Assembly (NCBI GenBank): GCA_964385685.1
Contig: CAYLQD010000004.1
Span: forward strand, 29,397 to 93,396
Source: an uncultured Planctomycetota bacterium
GTDB lineage: Bacteria > Planctomycetota > PUPC01
Reading direction: 5' to 3'
Length of the DNA: 64,000 nucleotides
Shown here: piece after piece, positions 55,301-64,000 of the stretch
Layout: each line of letters starts with the position of its first letter
Numbering within the stretch: position 1 is the first letter of the stretch
Notes under the pieces: generated by a model
What the model saw: the letters and a program-made list of their open reading frames with translations, nothing else
What the model was told of the DNA's origin: nothing
Database searches by the model: none
Translations under genes and position numbers: made by a program

Positions 55301-57775
55301 CGGCACGCTCGGGACGGGCTCGCCGGGCGACCGGTCGACGATGACGCCGTGCACCCGCGTCCACTTGACCGGCGACTGCGCAATCGGCACAAACGTTGTG
55401 TCGCCGAGCACGGTCGTCAGGAGGAAGAACGTGGCGTCGATCTGCGGCGCGAGCCGCCGCCAGTCGAGCCGCTCGGCGAGATCGTTCGGCGTGTCGACGT
55501 AGAGCCGCTCGGCGTCGAGGGTGTTCCACGCCATGCCGGCCGTGGCGAAGCTCGCCGCGGGCGCCGAGATGTTCGCCACGCGGCCCACGACCTCCGACCA
55601 CGGCGACTCCGTGCCTTCATGTGCGTTCAGGCTGACAGCCGGCCGCAACGTCTCGGGCCAGAACTTCCCGTCCGCCTGCGCGTCCTTCATCTGGAGCCAG
55701 TTCGTGAGCGAGCCGGCGTCGCGCCTCCCGTCCCACTGCATGAAGCTCCCGACGAGACAGGGGCCGGCGACAACGCCTGCATCGGACAGGTCAAGCCCGA
55801 GGAGGAATCCAAGCGGGCGGTCGAGCCGATCCGTCAGGCCGAGCAGGTCGAGCATCTCACGGCGGCGGGCCTCCCGCTGACGGTATTGCGCGACAACATG
55901 CCCGGTGGCAGCGAGTTGCCTTCGGATGCGACTCCGCGCCAACTGCCACAACTCGTCCGCGATACGGCTGGACGCGATCGCATTGAAGTCCTCGTCGGTG
56001 AACTTGCTCCCGTCGGCGAGGAGGGTGGAGTCGACCGTCTTGCACGCCTCGACCAACGCTCGCGCAACATCCGCGGCCGGGCGGGTCCCGTCGGCAAGCT
56101 CTAACGATCCCGGCGGCCGCTGCCCACCGGCGAGGGCCGCGATGTCGACCGGTGTCAGCTTGCCGCCGCCAGCGAGGGTGATCGATGCCAGGAGAGAGCG
56201 GGCGCGCTTCATCGACCGGAAGTCCGCCTCCGTCATCGCCCGTCCGCCGGCGAGCTTGAACGAGTCGATGTCCTTCAGCGGCGCGTCGGTGTGGAGGCGG
56301 CGCTGGGCGCCATAGTAGTGGATGCGCTCCGTGTCGAGCCGTGTGGCCTCGTCCTGAAGCGCGTATGTCCGAAGCGACAGCTCCCGAACCTCTCGCTTCT
56401 TCTCGGCGATCAGTGTCGCCGATCCCCCGGTTGATGTTTCCTCGAGCGACTCGATCTCGGCCTCGAGAGCGGTTCGCTCGCCCCGTAGGCGCGACAGCTC
56501 GGTTCGCTTCGGATACAGGATCGTCTCGATGGCGACGACGCGGCGGGCGACCTCATCCTTGAGGTAGCGGCGCAGGTCGCGATACCTCGACTCGTGCAGC
56601 CGGCCCATCGCGTCACGGCGGGCGAGCATCCTTGCCTCTTCCGTCGCCGCGCTGCCGGACTTCCCGACCCGGCTCGCCAGAGCGCTCTCGTATTCGGTGT
56701 CGATCTCCTGGGCCAGCAGCTCATGCGCCCCGTAATCCTCGGCCACATCGAAATCGTCCGAGAGGTGCGCCTCGTAGTCCTTGGGGACCGTCGCGAACGC
56801 TCCAAGCATCTCGCGGACGCCGCGCTGGCCGAGCCCATACGCATCGGTGAACGCAACCAGCAGCGGCCGCTTGGGCGGATGGCGGGTCGTGTGGCGGAGG
56901 AGAGTGAGCCCGAACGCCACGTCGATGGCGGCGTCGGCGCCGGGAGCAAGCCCCGGCACCAGGCTCATCGAGTCGTAGTGCACTCCGACGACGAACGCTT
57001 GGCGATTCTGCGGGCGCCTCGCCGGTTCCGCGGGCAGCACGAGAGCGTAGATGTTCCGAGCCGTCTTCCGCTCCCAGCGGGCGCGGCACACCACCGTTCC
57101 GTTGTGCAGCTCGCCGGCCCGGAGCGCCCTGGCAAGTTTTCCGTCGGGCACGTAGAACCGCGGGATGTTGATCGGAATGCTGAGCAGGTGGGAGCGGAGG
57201 TCGCGGTACGTCACGTCCGGCGAGCCGAGCACGATGATCGCGCGGGCGCCGGCGTTGTACGCGTTCATCCAGCGTTTCCCGCCCGTGGCTTCCATCACGG
57301 CGATCTGCCCGCTGACGCCGCTCGCCGGCAAGTGGCCCGGCGCTCGGCCCGGCCTTCCCTCGCCGATGTAGACCAGTCGCCCGCTGATGCCGCCGGACGG
57401 CGTCGTGACCAGCCGTGAACCCGACGGCCAGAAGGGATAGACGGGGTGCTCTCCCGAGCCGGGTGCCGTCAGCGTGGCCTCAAGAACTTCGGGAAGAACG
57501 ACGGAGAATTCGTGGGTGCGAACGATGACGCCGGGGATCGCTTTGATCCGTTCGAGCAGCGCGGCGCCGGCCGCATCGTGCGACTCCGTGCCGACAACAC
57601 GCGTCGGAAAGCTCGCGAGCCACTCGGTGTCACGGCGTACCGACGCCACCAGGTCGGATGCGTCCGGTTCGGCCGCAACGGCCGCGCCGGCGGCCAGAAG
57701 GAACGCGGTGAGCCCGGCGCAGAGGCGAGCCAGCATAATCCCGTCCCGGTGCTTGCCAGGGGAATCGGCAGCCAC
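52355..57775 (-). CDS. giant secreted/membrane fusion protein: signal peptide + PA/degenerate M28-peptidase-like ectodomain + coiled coil + unknown domains + MacB/FtsX-type permease module
   Basis: 1806 aa. Signal MLARLCAGLTAFLLAAGAAVAA. M28-like segment NIYALVLP…AFVVGVHYDSMS…GADAAIDVA…LLVAFTDAYGLG with metal ligands altered (HYDS for HxD, DA for EE). FtsX TM1 signature RIGLAYTAIRLGIANMRKRKLRTALTGITIVLITFALL, a ~370-aa periplasmic domain, then an FtsX C-terminal 3-TM bundle (…LSSIAERKREIYIYTSLGL…). Confidence 0.7.
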   Translation of the reverse strand: MAADSPGKHRDGIMLARLCAGLTAFLLAAGAAVAAEPDASDLVASVRRDTEWLASFPTRVVGTESHDAAGAALLERIKAIPGVIVRTHEFSVVLPEVLEATLTAPGSGEHPVYPFWPSGSRLVTTPSGGISGRLVYIGEGRPGRAPGHLPASGVSGQIAVMEATGGKRWMNAYNAGARAIIVLGSPDVTYRDLRSHLLSIPINIPRFYVPDGKLARALRAGELHNGTVVCRARWERKTARNIYALVLPAEPARRPQNRQAFVVGVHYDSMSLVPGLAPGADAAIDVAFGLTLLRHTTRHPPKRPLLVAFTDAYGLGQRGVREMLGAFATVPKDYEAHLSDDFDVAEDYGAHELLAQEIDTEYESALASRVGKSGSAATEEARMLARRDAMGRLHESRYRDLRRYLKDEVARRVVAIETILYPKRTELSRLRGERTALEAEIESLEETSTGGSATLIAEKKREVRELSLRTYALQDEATRLDTERIHYYGAQRRLHTDAPLKDIDSFKLAGGRAMTEADFRSMKRARSLLASITLAGGGKLTPVDIAALAGGQRPPGSLELADGTRPAADVARALVEACKTVDSTLLADGSKFTDEDFNAIASSRIADELWQLARSRIRRQLAATGHVVAQYRQREARRREMLDLLGLTDRLDRPLGFLLGLDLSDAGVVAGPCLVGSFMQWDGRRDAGSLTNWLQMKDAQADGKFWPETLRPAVSLNAHEGTESPWSEVVGRVANISAPAASFATAGMAWNTLDAERLYVDTPNDLAERLDWRRLAPQIDATFFLLTTVLGDTTFVPIAQSPVKWTRVHGVIVDRSPGEPVPSVPMEGYLVAYVPGWALSGSTVAWHDPVPGVRRLEFAFTRVDGRFRFDLIPLSGWSHYYTIQPSLAAEDGRLVRRADLLKGERGGSLQVNINDRNPNELRAVMFDCTEVTVVDFFDPRFLLMLPDGKVHDARRGSQPQRLNFTRQTGHMVMFVEPSVRWQLLLRHGITENRMALLNVVDPDDPGAAALSMRKAMRGFSAEERSPERPVLQAARDFYRLDRRRVEKYKRAGIASEHIEAMQAETKGLLDAADEAAAADRDDGRAFTAAATAALANEVRAYKAIRETANDVVRGAIFLLLMAVPFAFVMERLLFASPNIYKQIGAVLGVFVLMAAALWSFHPAFRITGQPLMVIMAFAALGMSVLVMGMIFSKFEGLLEEFRSGRAEASGARTSRIGLAYTAIRLGIANMRKRKLRTALTGITIVLITFALLCYMSTSTYDDKKEMELDTTAPFTGVLVAQPSSRAMPDEALESLETIVPGPRAVVPRYWWVSNDPKWRVHARNPVTGDQVSLSAALGLVGREADCSGIDRFCPNWSRFDSGNGCYLSADTAERLGVEPGGRVVIAGRSLELLGTFKPKVFDQQVQRLDGRSILPFDFTILDDKQRTRVTRQDLTEMTREMTSGSALVSVEDSPHAPGDQVVIVHASLLRGLYAGSLRHLTVPVGSYEKAKELAERLADRLAFPVYYGAPRRKVKVMASTLPIPKPPKALVIPLAIAGLIIFNTMLSSIAERKREIYIYTSLGLAPLHVGFLFLAEALTYGLMGSVFGYVVGQGAAKLFSSMGLMTGVTLNYSGGQAIFTMLIVLATVIVSSLVPAFLAGKLATPSNEMTWKVPLPDGDTIRDRLPFTATPRTAGGILVFIYEYMDAHRGGTIGVFSADNLEKSCDTDDDGREVHIVRGTVWLAPYDLGVRQDVTITVHVSATEPDVYEIDVELVRRSGQIRTWRKLNRVLLGDLRRQLLGWRKLKIDRVLEYIARATESGMPLEA

Positions 57776-57884
57776 TTCGCGCCACGAGGCGCTCCGCCAT
57801 TCCCCCGGTCCTGCCGGGGAACGGGCGGTGGAGGGTTTATATCAGCCCCCAACGGCCAAGTCAAGATGAGGCGAGGCCGCGCGG

Positions 57885-58901
57885 TTACAGCGCACGCACC
57901 GGCACCCGGCGCCCCTTCTTCGAGCTTTCGATCACGGCGAAGACCATCGCGAGCGACTTGATGTTGTCGTGGCACTCGCACTGCGATGCGCGGCCGGTCC
58001 GCAGGAACCGCAGCATCTCGCGCAGCCCGCCGTGCATGGCGCCGTGCTTTATCGACGCCTTCGGCACGCTGACGTCCTTGAGCGGCCGGCAGAACCCGTC
58101 CTTCTTCGCGATGGCTTGGCCGTGCGGATCGCCGTCTCGCTCGTAGAGCAGCGTCCCCTTGTCGCCGATGAGACGCCAGTCGCCGTTCCAGCTCGTGTGA
58201 CATCCCTCGCTGCACCAGCTCCCGCGGTAGGTGAAGACGACACCGTTCGTCATCTCGAAGATGCAGCTCGCCGACACGTCGCCCTTGTACCACGAGCCCT
58301 TCGGGTTGAACTCTTTCGCGTAGACGGCGACCGGGTCTTCGCCGCTCAGGAACCGGGCGAGGTCGAAATGGTGAATGGCCATGTCGAGAATGAGGGGGCT
58401 GGGCATCAGGTCGCGGAACCCGCCGAAGTGCGCCCCGACGTAGAAGTCGCAGTTGAGCGTCGTCAGCGTGCCGACCTTGCCGCCTGCAACCGCGCGGCGG
58501 ACGCGCTCATGCTTCGCGTCCCACCGCCGCGACTGGCTCACCATGTACATCTTGCCCGTCTGCTCCGACGTGCGGACCATCCGGCGCGCCTCGGCCATGC
58601 TGTTCGCCATCGGCTTCTCGCCGACGACGTGGCACCCGGCCCGGAGCGCCGTGCACGTGACGCCGCAGTGCGCCTCGGGCACGGTCAGGTCTGCGACGAA
58701 GTCGGGCTTCGTCTTCTTGAGGGTCGCCTTGAGATCCTTCGACGCTTTGCAGGCGAGTTCGTAGCGCTCGATCGCATCGGCGGCCCGCTTCACGTCGAGA
58801 TCCACGACGCCGACGACTTCAACCTTTTCTTGCTTCAGCGGCGGGAACCACGCGTTCGAAATCCCGCCGGCCCCGACCACAACGGCTCGTATCTTGGCCA
58901 T
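57885..58901 (-). CDS. Gfo/Idh/MocA-family NAD(P)-dependent oxidoreductase
   Basis: MAKIRAVVVGAGGIS Rossmann N-terminus. EKPMA motif. GGAGTG Shine-Dalgarno before ATG 58901; maximal ORF extends to 58955. Confidence 0.85.
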   Translation of the reverse strand: MAKIRAVVVGAGGISNAWFPPLKQEKVEVVGVVDLDVKRAADAIERYELACKASKDLKATLKKTKPDFVADLTVPEAHCGVTCTALRAGCHVVGEKPMANSMAEARRMVRTSEQTGKMYMVSQSRRWDAKHERVRRAVAGGKVGTLTTLNCDFYVGAHFGGFRDLMPSPLILDMAIHHFDLARFLSGEDPVAVYAKEFNPKGSWYKGDVSASCIFEMTNGVVFTYRGSWCSEGCHTSWNGDWRLIGDKGTLLYERDGDPHGQAIAKKDGFCRPLKDVSVPKASIKHGAMHGGLREMLRFLRTGRASQCECHDNIKSLAMVFAVIESSKKGRRVPVRAL

Positions 58902-59006
58902 TCTTCTCACTCCGTCAGTCAGGCAACTCTTGATGCAGTTCCCCGCGGCAGCCATTCGCCGCGATTTGGCGCGAGATGATAGCGAATACAGACGGCGCCC
59001 GCAACA

Positions 59007-59912
59007 TCATTCGGCAAGGCGGCTCTTAGAGGCCGACCGGAACATCGGCTGGAGGAAGAGGCGGCCCGAGGCGCCCTTCCCTTCGAAGCGGACGTAGGAT
59101 TCGTCGCCGACGGTGTGCTCGAACCGCGTGCCGTCGGTCGCCGACAGGATCGCTCCGCCCGGCCCGATGAAGCGCCCGGTGCACGGTTCGGCGGTGACCA
59201 CTTCGATTCGCCCGTCGTCCACGCCGACGCTGTCGAGCAGCAGCCCGGTTGATGCGTAGACGCGCCCGCTCTTCGCGGCCTCGATGATGGCACGCTCCGT
59301 CACGTCTTCGACCAGGACCATGTTGAACGCGTTGTCGAAGTCGGCGGGCTCGTGGAAGTCGTCGTTCGCGAACCCCCAAACGCAAACGCCGGCGGTCAGG
59401 AACTCGTCCCACAGGCGCGTGTAGATCGGCTGGCAACCGGCCTCGGCCATGCGGTCGATCCCGTAGTGGCCGTTGTAGACCTCGATGCCGTCGGGCGTCC
59501 GCTCAAGGAGCGACCGCATCTTGTCGATGGTCCAGTACTCATCGCCGGGCCGCGGCTCGGGGTGGCAGAGGATCGTCAAGAGATCGCCCGCTCGCGCGGC
59601 CGCTTCCGGCAAAGGCCGCTCGAGCACATCCCTTGCCCCCTGGCCGACGAAGAGGATATTTTCGCCGCGGCTGTACTCGAAGCCGTCAAGGAGGAGGATG
59701 TCGGGGTGCGCGGCTCGAAACGCCGCGAGATCGGTCACGTGGTCGTGGTCGGTGACCGCGAGGAACCGCGCACCGATGCGGTCGTAATCGCGAACGCTCT
59801 CGGCGAGCGGGACGGACGAGCAGCCGCTGTGCTCAGTGCAGTGCCCGTGGAAGCTCCCGCGGATCCACGTGCCTCGCTTGTCGGCATACGGATTGAGTAG
59901 TGTGTCGGCCAC
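59007..59912 (-). CDS. PHP-domain metal-dependent phosphoesterase
   Basis: GSFHGHCTEHS…VTDHDH…LCHP…NGHYG His/Asp pattern of polymerase/histidinol-phosphatase-type domains. Confidence 0.65.
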   Translation of the reverse strand: MADTLLNPYADKRGTWIRGSFHGHCTEHSGCSSVPLAESVRDYDRIGARFLAVTDHDHVTDLAAFRAAHPDILLLDGFEYSRGENILFVGQGARDVLERPLPEAAARAGDLLTILCHPEPRPGDEYWTIDKMRSLLERTPDGIEVYNGHYGIDRMAEAGCQPIYTRLWDEFLTAGVCVWGFANDDFHEPADFDNAFNMVLVEDVTERAIIEAAKSGRVYASTGLLLDSVGVDDGRIEVVTAEPCTGRFIGPGGAILSATDGTRFEHTVGDESYVRFEGKGASGRLFLQPMFRSASKSRLAE

Positions 59913-59919
59913 GGATCCC

Positions 59920-63000
<3,081 letters not shown>

Positions 63001-63190
63001 CTACCAAGCCACATGTTCGAATTGGAACTCCGTCGAAAGACCATGGAGGTCCTTCGCTTCGCTCAGGATGACACCATGACGCACCTACGGATAAAGTTTG
63101 TCATTCTGAGCGTCAGCGAAGAATCTCCTGAATGCACCAACCATTCCCGTTGTCAACGCTGAACTCCATAACGCAGTCCGGCGTCCGCCG

Positions 63191-64000
63191 CTACGAGTTC
63201 CGCCAGAGGGAAATGAGATCCTCGCTCGCGCCGTGCTCGGCGAGGTGGTCGAGAAGGGCCTGATGCAGGTTGTCGGCCTCGGGCTCGGCGTCCGCGATGA
63301 TGTTCTTCTCCGCCAACGGATCGTCCGTCAGGTCATACAATTCGCGCTCGCCGTCCGGTCCGACGGGCGTGTATCCCCACTTCTCCGTCGCGACGAACGG
63401 CGTGACGGTGGTCCGGGCGTCGTTGCAGACGGTCGACTTGCCCTCCGCGTCGATGAAGCTGCCCGAGACGGCAACGTCGCGGTGGGCGCCCTCACCCGCC
63501 AGAATCGCGGAGGCGAACGACCTGCCCTCGAACGGGACATCCGGCTCGACCTCGACACCCGCCAGTTCGCAGAGCGTCGGCAGAATGTCGATCGGCTGAG
63601 CCATAAGGTCGAGGGTGTTCCCAGCCGGGACGCCTCCGCCCGCGATCAGGAACGGCACGCGCCCGATCTCCGGGTAGATCGGCCAGAAGCGGCCGTCGTT
63701 GTCGTTGATGTTGCACTTCCCCGTGCGCTCGTGCTCGCCGATCGACGTGCCGTGGTCGGCGGTGAAGAGCACGATGGTGTCGTCCCAGAGCTGGAGGTCG
63801 TCGATCTTCTGGAGGACGCGGCCGACGTGGCGATCGACGAGCTCCGACTCGGCGGCGTAGTGGGCCCACAGGTTGTGGAGTTCCTCGGGCGTGTAGTCCG
63901 ACGAGCGGCCGTAGTTCGGATGGATCATGGGCGTGCCGTCGTAGTCGGGGTCGTAGCGGCGGACCATGTACTCGGGCGGGTCCCACGGCTCGTGCGGATC
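63191..64000 (-). CDS. sulfatase (C-terminal portion; gene continues past window end)
   Basis: LFTADHGTSIGEHERTGKC and C-terminal sulfatase-fold segments. The N-terminal CxPxR region is beyond the window. Confidence 0.75.
   Translation of the reverse strand, partial: DPHEPWDPPEYMVRRYDPDYDGTPMIHPNYGRSSDYTPEELHNLWAHYAAESELVDRHVGRVLQKIDDLQLWDDTIVLFTADHGTSIGEHERTGKCNINDNDGRFWPIYPEIGRVPFLIAGGGVPAGNTLDLMAQPIDILPTLCELAGVEVEPDVPFEGRSFASAILAGEGAHRDVAVSGSFIDAEGKSTVCNDARTTVTPFVATEKWGYTPVGPDGERELYDLTDDPLAEKNIIADAEPEADNLHQALLDHLAEHGASEDLISLWRNS

Overview
This is a high-GC, gene-dense chromosomal window that is most likely from a Planctomycetota-like genome. That inference rests on a prepilin/DUF1559 'H-X9-DG' protein and on GldG/DUF4340 and GH2/sulfatase content. 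Most genes are on the minus strand in tightly packed, often start/stop-overlapping operons.

Housekeeping genes recognised: pyrR (partial), kdsA, mutL, argG, trxA, bioA, hisA, trkA/trkH, GH2 beta-mannosidase and beta-galactosidase, a sulfatase (partial), and two NtrC-type sigma-54 response regulators.

Three regions stand out:
1. Positions 25376-29987: a 4.5-kb two-gene cassette. It encodes a 957-aa DUF1156-like DNA methyltransferase with a large C-terminal extension and a translationally coupled 564-aa P-loop ATPase. The cassette is bracketed by 37-bp direct repeats that duplicate the 3' end of a membrane-protein gene. This suggests a site-specifically integrated, possibly novel restriction-modification-like defence module.
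2. Positions 47461-57775: a six-gene minus-strand operon. It encodes a MacB/Lol-like type VII ABC system (ATPase plus a short FtsX permease plus a giant 1806-aa FtsX fusion protein with a secreted PA/degenerate-M28 ectodomain), a PqqD-like RiPP-recognition element, an unknown protein and a 665-aa polytopic transporter. This may be an undescribed peptide-processing/export machine.
3. Positions 34770-38175: a 1.1-kb non-coding stretch carrying ~75-bp tandem repeats and palindromes, next to a compositionally atypical islet of two paralogous unknown proteins plus a pentapeptide-repeat protein.

No rRNA, tRNA or CRISPR array was recognised. Many long plus-strand ORFs in the provided track are antisense or out-of-frame shadows typical of GC-rich DNA and were rejected.
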